NCBI GenBank assembly: GCA_964016885.1
Contig: OZ024752.1
Location: forward strand, 21,638,001 to 21,702,000
Reading direction: 5' to 3'
From: Eledone cirrhosa
Taxonomy: Eukaryota
DNA length: 64,000 nucleotides
This document shows positions 25,001 through 39,500 of this stretch, piece by piece; position 1 is the first letter of the stretch; each line of letters opens with the position of its first letter. Below the pieces are notes generated by a model, which was given only the letters and a program-made list of their open reading frames with translations, searched no databases and had not been told where the DNA came from. The position numbers and the translations under genes were made by a program.

Positions 25001-27267
25001 ACCCATCTTGTGGATAGTCTCTCTGTTGACCACTAGCCACTGGTCTCTGTCCTCTCAGGCATGATATTCCATCTACTTGTTGATCCACCTTGTGGATTGT
25101 CTCTCTGTTGACCACTGGCCACTGGTCTCTGTCCTCTCAGGCATTATATTCCATCTACTTGTTGACCCACCTTGTGGATTGTCTCTCTGTTGACCACTAA
25201 CCACTGGTCTCTGTCTTCTCAGGCATTATATTCCATCAACTTGTTGACCCACCTTGTGGATTGTCTCTCTGTTGACCACTAACCACTGGTCTCTGTCTTC
25301 TCAGGCATTATATTCCATCAACTTGTTGACCCACCTTGTGGATTGTCTCTGTTGACCACTAACCACTGGTCTCTGTCTTCTCAGGCATTATATTCCATCA
25401 ACTTGTTGACCCACCTTGTGGATTGTCTCTCTGTTGACCACTAGCCACTGGTCTCTGTCCTCTCACGCATTATATTCCATCCACTTGTTGACCCACCTTG
25501 TGGATTGTCTCTGTTGACCACTAGCCACTGGTCTCTGTCCTCTCAGGCATTATATTCCATCTACTTGTTGACCCACCTTGTGGATTGTCTCTCTGTTGAC
25601 CACTAGCCATTGGTCTCTGTCCTCTCAGGCATTATATTCCATCTAATTGTTGACCCACCTTGTGGATTGTCTCTCTGTTGACCACTAGCCATTGGTCTCT
25701 GTCCTCTCAGGCATTATATTCCATCTACTTGTTGACCCACCTTGTGGATTGTCTCTCTGTTGACCACTAACCACTGGTCTCTGTCCTTTCAAGCATTATA
25801 TTCCATCTACTTGTTGACCCACCTTATGGATTGTATCTCTGTTGACCACTGGCCGCTGGTCTCTGTCCTCTCAGGCATGATATTCCCTCTACTTGTTGAT
25901 CCACCTTGTGGATTGTCTCTCTGTTGACCACTGGCCACTGGTCTCTGCCCTCTCAGGCATTATATTCCATCTACTTGTTGACCCACCTTGTGGATTGTCT
26001 CTCTGTTGACCACTAACCACTGGTCTCTGTCTTCTCAGGCATTATATTCCATCAACTTGTTGACCCACCTTGTGGATTGTCTCTCTGTTGACCACTAACC
26101 ACTGGTCTCTGTCTTCTCAGGCATTATATTCCATCTACTTGTTGACCCACCTTGTGGATTGTCTCTCTGTTGACCACTAACCACTGGTCTCTGTCTTCTC
26201 AGGCATTATATTCCATCTACTTGTTGACCCACCTTATGGATTGTCTCTCTGTTGACCACTAGCCGCTGGTCTCTGTCCTCTCAGGCATTATATTCCATCT
26301 ACTTGTTGACCCACCTTATGGATTGTCTCTCTGTTGACCACTAGCCGCTGGTCTCTGTCCTCTCACGTATTATATTCCATCCACTTGTTGACCCACCTTG
26401 TGGATTGTCTCTGTTGACCACTAACCACTGGTCTCTGTCCTCTCAGGCATTATATTCCATCTACTTGTTGACCCACCTTGTGGATTGTCTCTCTGTTGAC
26501 CACTAGCCACTGGTCTCTGTCCTCTCAAGCATTATATTCCATCTACTTGTTGACCCACCTTGTGGATTGTTTCTCTGTTGACCACTGGCCGCTGGTCTCT
26601 GTCCTCTCAGGCATTATATTCCATCTATTTGTTGACCCACCTTGTGGATTGTCTCTCTGTTGACCACTGGCCACTGGTCTCTGTCCTCTCAGGCATTATA
26701 TTCCATCTACTTGTTGACCCACCTTATGGATGGCTTCTCTGTTGACCACTGGCCACTGGCCTCTGTTTTCTCAGGCATTATATTCCATCAACTTGGTGAC
26801 CCACCTTGTGGATTGTCTCTCTGTTGACCACTAGCCGCTGGTCTCTGTCCTCTCAGGCATTATATTCCATCTACTTGTTGACCCACCTTGTGGATTGTCC
26901 CTCTGTTGACCACTAGCCACTGGTCTCTGTCCTCTCAGGCATTATATTCCATCTACTTGTTGACCCACCTTGTGGATTGTCTCTCTGTTGACCTCTAACC
27001 ACTGGTCTCTGTCCTCTCAGGCATTATATTCCATCTACTTGTTGACCCACTTTATGGATTGTCTCTCTGTTGACCACTAGCCACTGGTCTCTGTCCTGTC
27101 AGGCATTATATTCCATCAACTTGTTGACCCACCTTGTGGATTGTCTCTCTGTTGACCAGTAACCACTGGTCTCTGTCCTCTCAGGCATTATATTCCATCT
27201 ACTTGTTAGCCCACCTTGTGGATTGTCTCTCTGTTGACCACTAGCCGCTGGTCTCTGTCCTCTCAGG
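10031..27267. repeat. 82-bp tandem satellite, ~210 copies, with higher-order duplications
   Basis: Unit CCACCTTGTGGATTGTCTCTCTGTTGACCACTAGCCACTGGTCTCTGTCCTCTCAGGCATTATATTCCATCTACTTGTTGAC. 80-bp (CT-deleted) and GAGACATATATCATC variants are interspersed. Confidence 0.98.
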
Positions 27268-27520
27268 TTTGTTTGTCCATTGCTGTCTTTGACAACATTT
27301 AGCTGTTTTAACGGCTGTTCTAGCGATGAGTTTTCTCATTTTTATAAGTATTCATAATTTTATGATTGGGGGCCAATTCCTTAATCATGAGGTCATGCAA
27401 CTTCATACATAATTTCTAGCTACCATTAACTATTTTAAATACCTAAATAGCTCTGTAACCTACACACACTCAACGTTCCATTAATTGCTATTGCATATCC
27501 ATACCATAAAGACCTTAATT

Positions 27521-30500
27521 TCTAGCTACCATCCATACCACTTTGATACATCTAGCTACCATCCATACCACTATGACATATCTAGGTACCATCCATTACC
27601 ACTATGACATATCTATCTACCACCCGTACCACTTTGATATATCTACCTACCATCCAAACCACTATGACATATCTAGCTACCACCCGTACCACTTTGATAT
27701 ATCTAGCTACCATCCATAGAATTATGTCCTATCTATCTACCATCTGTACCACTTTGATACATCTCACTACCATCCAAACCACTATGATACATATAGCTAC
27801 CATTAATACCACTATGACATATCTAGCCACCATCTGTACCACTTTGATACATCTCGCTACCATCCATACCACTATGATACATCTAGCTACCATCCATATC
27901 ACTATGACATATCTAGCTACCATCCATACCACTATGATACATCTCGCTACCATCCATACCACTATGACATATCGAGCTAACATCTGTACCACTTTGATAC
28001 ATCTAGCTACCAGCCATAACACTATGATATATCTAGCTACCATCCATACCACTATGACATATCTAGCTACCATCTGTACCACTTTGATACATCTTGCTAC
28101 CACCCATACCACTATGACATATCTAGCTACCATCCATACCATTATGACATATCTAGCTACCATGCACACCACTTTGATACATCTCGCTATCATCCATACC
28201 ACTATGACATATATAGCTACCATCTATAGCAATTCGATACATCTAGTTACCATCCATACCACTATGACATATCTAGCTACCATCTGTACCACTTTGATAC
28301 ATATAGCTACCATCCATACCACTATAATACATCTAGCTACCTTCCATACCACTATGACATATCTACCTACCATCTGTACACCTTTGATACATATAGCTAC
28401 CATCCATACTACTATGATACATCTAGCTACCATCCATACCACTATGACATATCTAGCTACCATCCATACCACTTTGATACATCGCGCTACCATCCATACC
28501 ACTATGATATATCTAGCTACCATCTATAACACTTTTATACATGTAGCCACCATCCATACCACTATGACATATCTAGCTACCATCCATACCACTATGACAT
28601 ATCTAGCTACCATCTGTACAACTTTGATACATCTGGCTACCATCCATACCATTATGACATATCTAGCTACCAACCATACCACTATGACATATCTAACTAC
28701 CACCCGTACCAGTTTGATATATCTAGCTAGCATCCATACCACTTTGATAATCTCGCTACCATCCATACCGCTATGTCATATCTAGTTACCACCCGTACCA
28801 TTTGGATATATCTAGATACCATCTTACCACTTTGATACATCTAGCTACCATCCATACCACTATGATACATCTAGCTACCATCCATACCACTATGGCATAT
28901 GTAGCCACCATCTGTACCACTTTGATACATCTAGCTACGATCCATACCACTATGACATATCTAGCTACCATCCATACCACTATGATACGTCTCGCTACCG
29001 TCCATACCACTATGACATATCTAGATACCATCCATACCACTATGAAATATCTAGCTACCGTCCATACCACTATTATACATCTCGCTACCATCCATACCAC
29101 TATGACATATCTAGCTACCACCCTTACCACTATTATATATCTAGCTACCATCTATAACACTTTTATACATACCACTATGACATATCTAGCTACCATCTGT
29201 ACCACGTTGATACATATAGCTACCATCCGTACCACTATGATAATCTAGCTACCATCCATACCCTATGACACATCTAGCTACCATCTGCACCACTTTGATA
29301 CATCTAGCAACCATCCATACACCTATGATATATTTAGCAACCATCCATACCACTATGACATATCTAGCTACCATCCATACCACTTTGATACATCTGGCTA
29401 CCACACATACCACTATGACATATCTATCTACAATCTGTACCAAGTTGATACATACACCTACCATCCATACCACTATGATACATCTGTCTACCATCCATAC
29501 CACTATGACATATCTATTCACCATCTGTACCACTTTGATACATCTCGCTATCATCCATACAACTTTGATATATCTAGCTACCATCCATACCACTATGACA
29601 TATCTAGCTACCATCCATACCACTTTGATACATCTCGCTACCATCCATACCATTATGACATATCTATCTACCATCTGTACTACTTTGATACATATAGCTA
29701 CCATCCATACCACTATGATACATCTAGCTACCATTCATACCACTATGACATATCTACATGCCATCTGTACCACTGTGATACATCTAGCTACCATCCATAC
29801 CACTATGATACAACTCGCTACCATCTATACCACTATGACATATCTAGCTATCACCCATACCACGTTGATACATCTCGCTACCACCTATACCACTATGTCA
29901 TATCTATCTACTATCTATACCATTTTGATACATCTAGCTAACATCCCTACCACTATGATACATCTAGCTACCATCCATACCACTATGACATATCGAGCTA
30001 CCATCTGTACCACTTTGATACATCTAGCTACCATCCATGCCACTATGACATGTTTAGCTACCACACGTACCACTTTGATATATCTAGCTACCACCCGTAC
30101 CACTATGAAACATCTCGCTACCATCCATACCACTATGATACATCTAGCTACCATCCATACCACTATGACATATCTAGCTACCATCCATACCACTATGATA
30201 TATCTAGCTACCATCCATAACACTATGATGCAACTCGCTACCATCCATACGACTATGACATATCTCGCTACCACCCATACCACGTTGATACATCTCGCTA
30301 CCACCCATACCACTATGTCATATCTATCTACTATCTGTACCACTTTGATACATCTCGCTACCATCCATACCACTATGACACATCTAGCTACCATCCATAA
30401 CAGTATGACATATCTAGCTACCATCCATACCACTATGATATATCTAGCTATCATCTGTACCACTTTGATACATCTAGCTAACATCCATACCACTATGATA

Positions 30501-33500
30501 TATCTAGCTACCATCCATACCACTATGATACATCTAGCTACCATCCATACCACTATGACATATCTACCTACCATCCATACCACTTTGATACATCTCGCTA
30601 CCATCCATACCACTATGACATCTAGCTACAATCTGTACCACTTTGATACATCTAGCTACCAGCCATACCACTATGCCATATCTAGCTACCAACTGTACCA
30701 CTTTGATACATCTCGGTACCATCCATACCGCTATAACATATCTAGCTACCATCCATACAACTATGACATATCTAGCTACCATCCATACCACTTTGATACA
30801 ACTCGCTACCATCCATACCCACTATGATATATCTAGCTACCATCTATACCATTTTGATAAATCTAGCTACCATCCATACCACTATGATACATCTAGCTAT
30901 CATCCATACCACTATAATACATCTACCTACCATCCATACCACTATGACATATGTAGACACCATCTGTATTACTTTGATACATCTCGCTACCATCCATACC
31001 ACTATGATACATCTAGCTACCATCCATACCACTATGACATATCTAGCCACCATCCATATCACTATGATACATCTAGCTACCATCCATACCACTATGACAT
31101 ATCTAGCTACCATCCATACCACTATGATACAGCTCGCTACCGTCCATGCCACTATGAAATATCTAGCTACCATCCATACCACTATGACATATCTGGCTAC
31201 CATCCATACCACTATGATATATCTAACTACCATCCATACCACTATGCCATATCTAGCTACCATCTGTACCACTTTGATACATCTCGCTACCATCCATACC
31301 GCTATGATATATCTAGCTACCATCCATACCACTATGACATATCTAGCTACCATCCATACCACTTTGATAATCTCACTACCATCCATATCCACTATGATAT
31401 ATCTAGCTACAATCTATACCATTTTGATAAATCTAGCTACCATCCATACCACTATGACATATCTAGCTACCATCCATACCAATATGACATATCTAGATAC
31501 CATTTGTACCACTTTGATGCATCTAGCTACCATCCTTACCACTATGACATATCTAGCTACCATCCATACCACTATGATATATCTAGCTACCATCCATAAC
31601 ACTATGACATATCTGGCTATCATCCATACCACTATGACATATCTAACAACCATCCATACCCCTATGACAAATCTAGCTACCATCCATACCCCTATGACAA
31701 ATCTAGCTACCATCCATACCACTATGATATATCTAGCTACCATCCATAACACTATGACATATCTGGCTACCATCCATACCACTATGACATATCTAACAAC
31801 CATCCATACCACTATGATATATCTCGCTACCATCCATACACCTATGACAAATCTAGCTACCATCTGTACCACTTTGATACATCTAGCTACCATCCATACC
31901 ACTATGATATATCTAACTACCATCCATACCACTATGACATATCCAGCTACCATCTGTACCACCTTGATACATCTAGCTACCATCCATACCACTATGACAT
32001 ATCTAGCTACCATCCATACCACTCTGATACATCTCGCTAACATCCATACACACTATGATATATCTAGCTACCATCTATACCATTTTGATAAATCTAGCTA
32101 CCATCCATACCACTATGACATATCTAGCTACCATCTGTAGCACTTTGATACATCTCGCTACCTTCCATACCACTATGACATATCTAGAAACCATCCATAC
32201 CACTATAACATATCTAGCTACCATCTGTACCACTTTAATGCATCTAGCTACCATCCTTACCACTATGACATATCTAGCTGCCATCCATACCGCTATGACA
32301 TATCTAGCTACCATCCATACAACTATGATACATCTAGCTACCATCCATACCACTATAACATATCTAGCTACCATCCATACCACTATGACATTTCTAGCTA
32401 CCATCCATACCATTGTGATAGATCTCCCTACCATCCATACCACTATCACATATCTAGCTACCATCCATACCATTGACATATTTAGCTTCTATCCATACCA
32501 CTAATATACATCTACCTACCATCCATACCAATATGACATATCTAGCTACCATCCATACCACTATGACATATCTAGCTACCATCTGTACCACTTTGATGCA
32601 TCTAGCTACCATCCTTACCACTATGACATATCTAGCTACCATCAGTACCACTATGACATATCTAGCTACCATCCATACCACTATGACATATCTTGCAAGC
32701 ATCCACTATTATCACATATCCATACGACTATGACATATGTAGCTACCATCCACCATTATCACATATCCATACCACTATGACATATCTAGCTCTCAACCAT
32801 ACCACTATGACATATCTAGCTACCACCCGCACCACTTTGATATATCTAGCTACCATCCTTACCCCTTTGATACATCTCGCTACCATCCATACCACTATGA
32901 CATATCTAGCTACCACCCATAACATTTTGATATATCTATCTACCATCCATACCACTATGATACATCTATCTACCATCCATACCACTATGATACATCTATC
33001 TACCATCCATACCACTGTGACATATCTAGCTACCATCCATACCACTATGATACATCTAGCTACCCTCCATACCACTATGACATATTTAGCTACCATCTAT
33101 ACCACTATGACATATCTAGCTACCATCCATACCACTATGACATATCTAGCTACCATCCACTATTATCACATATCCATACGACTATGACATATCTAGCTAC
33201 CATCCACTATTATCACATATCCATACCACTATATATATATCTAGCTACGATCTGTACCACTATGACATATCTAGCTACCATCCATACCACTATGACATAT
33301 CTAGCTACCATCCACTATTATCACATATCCATACCACATTGATACATCTACCTACCATCCCTACCACTATGACTTATCTAGCTACCATTCATACCACTTT
33401 GATACATCTAGCTACCATCCATACCACTATGACATATCTTGCTACCATCCATACCACTATGATACAGCTCGCTACCGTCCATACTACTATGAAATATCTA

Positions 33501-36500
33501 GCTACCATCCATACCACTTTGATAAATCTCGCTACCATTCATACCCCTATGACATCTAGCTACCATCTGTACCACTTTGATACATCTAGTTACCATCCAT
33601 ACCACTATGACATATCTAGCTACCATCTGTAACAGTTTGACATATCTAGCTACCATCGATACCACTTTGATACATCTCGCTACCATCCATACGACTATGA
33701 CATATCTAGCTACCATCCATACCACTATGACATATCTAGCTACCATCCATACCACTTTGATACATCTAGCTACCATCCATACGACTATGACATATATAGC
33801 TACCACCTGTACCACTTTGATACATCTAGCTACCATCCATACCACTATGACATATCTAGCTACCATACATACCACTTTGATACATGTAGTTACCATCCAT
33901 ATCACTATGACATATCTAGCTACCACTTGTCCCACTTTGATACATCTAACTACCATCCATACCACTATGTCATATCTAGCTACCATCCATACCACTATGA
34001 CATATAGCTACCATCTGTACCACTTTGATACATCTAGCTACCATCCATACAACTATGATAAATCTACCTACAATCCATACCACTATGACATATCTACCTA
34101 CCATCTGTACCACTTTGATACGTCTAGCTACTATCCATACCACGATGACATATCTAGCTACCACCCGTACCACTTTGATATATCTAGCTACCATCTGTAC
34201 CACTTTGATACATCTCACTACGATCCATACCACTATGATACATCAGCTACCATCCATACCACTATGATACATCTAGCTATCATCCATACCGCTATAATAC
34301 ATCTACCTACCATCCATATCACTATGACATATGTAGGCACTATCTGTATTACTTTGATACATCTCGCTACCATCCATACCACTTTGATATATCTCGCTAC
34401 CATCCATACCGCTATGACATATCTAGCTACCATCCATACCACTATGACATATCTAACAACCATCCATACCACTTTGATACATCTCGCTACCATCCATGCC
34501 CACTATGATATATCTAGCTACCATCTATACCATTTTGATATATCTAGCTACCATCCATACCACTATGACATATCTAGCTACCAGCTGTAGCACTTTGATA
34601 CATATAGCTACCATCCATACCACTATGATACATCTAGCTACCATCCATACCACTATGACATATCTACCTAGCATCCATACCACTATGACATATCTACCTA
34701 CCATATGTACCACTTTGCTGCATCTAGCTACCATCCTTAACACTATGACATATCTAGCTACCATCCATACCACTATGACATATCTAGCTACCATCCATAC
34801 CACTATGATACAGCTAGCTACCATCCATACCACTATGACATTTCGAGCTACCATCCATACCACTATGACATTTCGAGCTACCATCCATACCATTATGATA
34901 GATCTCCCGACCATCCATACCACTATGACATATCTAGCTACCATCAATAACACTATGACATATTTAGCTTCTATCCATACCACTAATATACATCTCGCTA
35001 CCATCATACCACTAATATACATCTCGCTACCATCATACCACTATGACATATCTAGCTACCAATATGTACCATTTTGATTCATCTAGCTACCATCCATACC
35101 ACTATGACATATCTAGCTACCATCCATACCACTATGACATATCTACCCACCATCTGTACCACTTTGATGCATCTAGCTACCATCCGTACCACTATGACAT
35201 ATCTAGCTACCATCTCTACCACTATGACATATCTAGCTACCATCCATACCACTATGACATGTCTTGCAACCATCCACTATTATCACATATTCATACGACT
35301 ATGACATATCTAGCTACCATCCACCATTATCACATATCCATACCACTATGACATATCTAGCTACCAACCATACCACTATGACATATCTAGCTTCCACCCG
35401 CACCACGTTGATATATCTAGCTGCCATCCTTACTCCTTTGATACATCTCTCTACCATTCATACCACTATGACATATCTAGCTACCACCCATACCACTTTG
35501 ATATATCTATCTACCATCCATACCACTATGATACATTTATCTCTCATCCATACCACTATGATACATCTATCTACCATCCATACCACTATGATACATCTAT
35601 CTACAATCCATACGACTATGACATATCTAGCTACCATCCATACCACTACGATACGTCTAGCTACCCTCCATAACACTATGACATATCTAGCTACCATCTA
35701 TACCACTATGACATATCTAGCTACCATCCATACGACTATGACATATCTAGCTACCATCCACTATTATCACATATCCATACGACTATGACATATCTAGCTA
35801 CCATCCACTATTATCACATATCCATACCACTATGATATATCTATCTACCATCAGTACCACTATGACATATCTAGCTACCATCCATACCACTATGACATAT
35901 CTAGCTACCATGCACTATTATCACATATCCATACCACTTTGATACATCTACCTACCACCCCTACCACTATGACATATCTAGCTACCATCTGTAACAGTTT
36001 GACATATCTAGCTACCAGCCATACCACTTTGATACATCTCGCTACCATCCATACCACTATGACATCTATCTACCATCTGCACCACTTTGATACATCTAGC
36101 TACCATCCATACCACTATGACATATCTAGCTACGATCCATACCACTATGACATATCTACCAACCATCCATACCTCTATGATACATCTCGCTACCGTCCAT
36201 ACCACTATGACATATCTAGCTACCTTCCATACCACTATAACATATCTATCTACCATCCATACCACTATGATACAGCTCGCTACCGTCCATACCACTATGA
36301 CATATCTTGCTACCATCCATACCACTATGCCATATCTAGCTACCATCTGTACCACTATGACAAATCTAGCTACCATCCATACCACTATGATACAGCTCGC
36401 TACCGTCCATACCACTATGACATATCTAGCTACCATCCTTAATACTATGACATATCTAGCTACCATCCATACCACTATGACATTTATAGCTACCATCCAT

Positions 36501-39500
36501 ACCATTATGATAGATCTCCGTACGAACCATACCACTATGACATATTTAGCTTCTATCTATACCACTAATATACATCTCGCTACCATCATACCACTATGAC
36601 ATATCTAGCTACCATATGTACCAATTTGATACATCTAGCTACCCTCCATACCACTATGACATATCTAGCTACCATCGATACCACTATGACATATCTAGCT
36701 ACCATCCATACCACTTTGATACATCTCGCTACCATCCATACCACTATGCCATATCTAGCTACCATCTGTACCACTTTGATACATCTCGCTACCATCCATA
36801 CCGCTATGACATATCTAGCTACCATCCATACCACTATGACATATCTAACTACCATCCATACCACTTTGATACATCTCGCTACCATCCATACCCACTATGA
36901 TATATATATCTACCATCTATACCATTTTGATAAATCTAGCTACCATCCATACCACTGTGACATATCTAGCTACCATCTGTAGCACTTTGATACATATAGC
37001 TACCATCCATACCACTATGATACATCTAGCTACCATCCATACCACTATGACATACCTAGTTACCATCTGTACCACTTTGATACATCTCGCTACCATCCAT
37101 ACCACTATGACATATCTACCTAGCATCCATACCACTATGACATATCTAGCTACCATCCATACCACTTTGATACATCTCGCTACCATCCATACCACTATGA
37201 CATATCTAGCTCCCATCCATACCACTATGACATATCTACCTACCATCCATACCACTTTGATGCATCTAGCTACCATCCTTAACACTATGACATATCTAGC
37301 TACCATCCATACCACTATGACATATCTAACTACCATCCATACCACTATGATACATCTAGCTACCATCCATACCACTATGACATATCTAGCTACCATCCAT
37401 ACCACTATGACATTTCGAGCTACCATCCATACCATTATGATAGATCTAGCTACCATCCATACCACTATGATATATCTAGCAACCATCAATAACACTATGA
37501 CATATTTAGCTTCTATCCATACCACTAATATACATCTCGTTACAATCATACCACTATGACATATCTAGCTACCATCTGTACCACTTTGATACATCTCGCT
37601 ACCATCCATACCGCTATGACATATCTAGCTACCATCAATACCACTATGACATATCTAGCTACCATCCATACCACTTTGATACATCTCGCTACCATCCATA
37701 CCCACTATGATATATCTAGCTACCATCTATACCATTTTGATAAATCTAGCTACTATCCATACCACTATGACATATCTAGCTACCATCTGTAGCACTTTGA
37801 TACATATAGCTACCATCCATACCACTATGATACATCTAGCTACCATCCATACCACTATGACATATCTAGCTACCATCTGTACCACTTTGATGCATCTAGC
37901 TACCATCCGTAACACTATGACATATCTAGCTACCATCTGTACCACTATGACATATCGAGCTACCATCCATACCACTATGACATATCTTGCAAACATCCAC
38001 TATTATCACATATCCATACGACTGACATATCTAGCTACCATCCACCATTATCACATATCCATACCACTATGACATATCTAGCTACCAACCATACCACTTT
38101 GACATATCTAGCTACCACCCGCACCACGTTGATATATCTAGCTGCCATCCTTACTCCTTTGATACACCTCGCTACCATCCATACCACTATGACATATCTA
38201 GCTACCACCCATACCACTTTGATATATCTATCTACCATCCATACCACTATGATACATTTATCTCTCATCCATACCACTATGATACATCTATCTACCATCC
38301 ATACCACTATGATACATCTATCTACCATCAGTACCACTATGACATATCTAGCTACCATCCATACCACTATGACATATCTAGCTACCATCCACTATTATCA
38401 CATATCCATACCACTATGATATATCTATCTACCATCAGAATCACTATGACATATCTAGCTACCATCCATACCACTATGACATATCTAGCTACCATCCACT
38501 ATTATCACATATCCATACCACTTTGATACATCTACCTACCACCCCTACCACTATGACATATCTAGCTACCATCTGTAACAGTTTGACATATCTAGCTACC
38601 ATCCATACCACTTTGATACATCTCGCTACCATCCATACCACTATGACATATCTATCTACCATCTGTACCACTTTGATACATCTAGCTACCATCCATACCA
38701 CTATGGCATATCTAGCTACCATCTGTAACAGTTTGACATATCTAGCTACCATCCATACCACTTTGATACATCTCGCTACCATCCATACCACTATGACATA
38801 TCTAGCTACCATCCATACCACTTTGATACATCTAGCTACCATCCATACCACTATGACATATATAGCTACCATCTGTACCACTTTGATACATCTAGCTACC
38901 ATCCATACCACTATAACATATCTAGCTACCATCCATACCACTATGACATATAGCTACCACCTGTACCACTTTGATACATCTAGCTACCATCCATACCACT
39001 ATGACATATCTAGCTACCCTCCATACCACTATGACATATCTAGCTACGATCTATACCACTATGACATATCTAGCTACCATCTGTACCACTTTGATACATC
39101 TAGCTACCATCCAAACCACTATGATACATCTAGCTACCATCCATACCACTATGACATATCTAGCCACAATCCATATCACTATGATACATCTAGCTACCAT
39201 CCATACCACTATGACATATCTAGCTACGATCCATACCACTATGACATATCTACCAACCATCCATACCTCTATGATACATCTCGCTACCGTCCATACCACT
39301 ATGACATATCTAGCTACCTTCCATACCACTATGACATATCTAGCTACCGTCCATACCACTATGATACATCTCGCTACCGTCCATACCACAATGACATATC
39401 TAGCTACCATCCATACCACTATGCCATATCTAGCTACCATCTGTACCACTTTGATACATCTCGCTACCATCCATACCGCTATGACATATCTAGCTACCAT

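Noticed and set aside
10031-27267. 82-bp array as a CRISPR array, ribozyme array or repeated 61-aa gene
   Set aside because: No unique spacers and no cas genes; no CUGANGA/GAAA core on either strand; the unit is not a multiple of 3 and the ORFs are frame-cycling artefacts.
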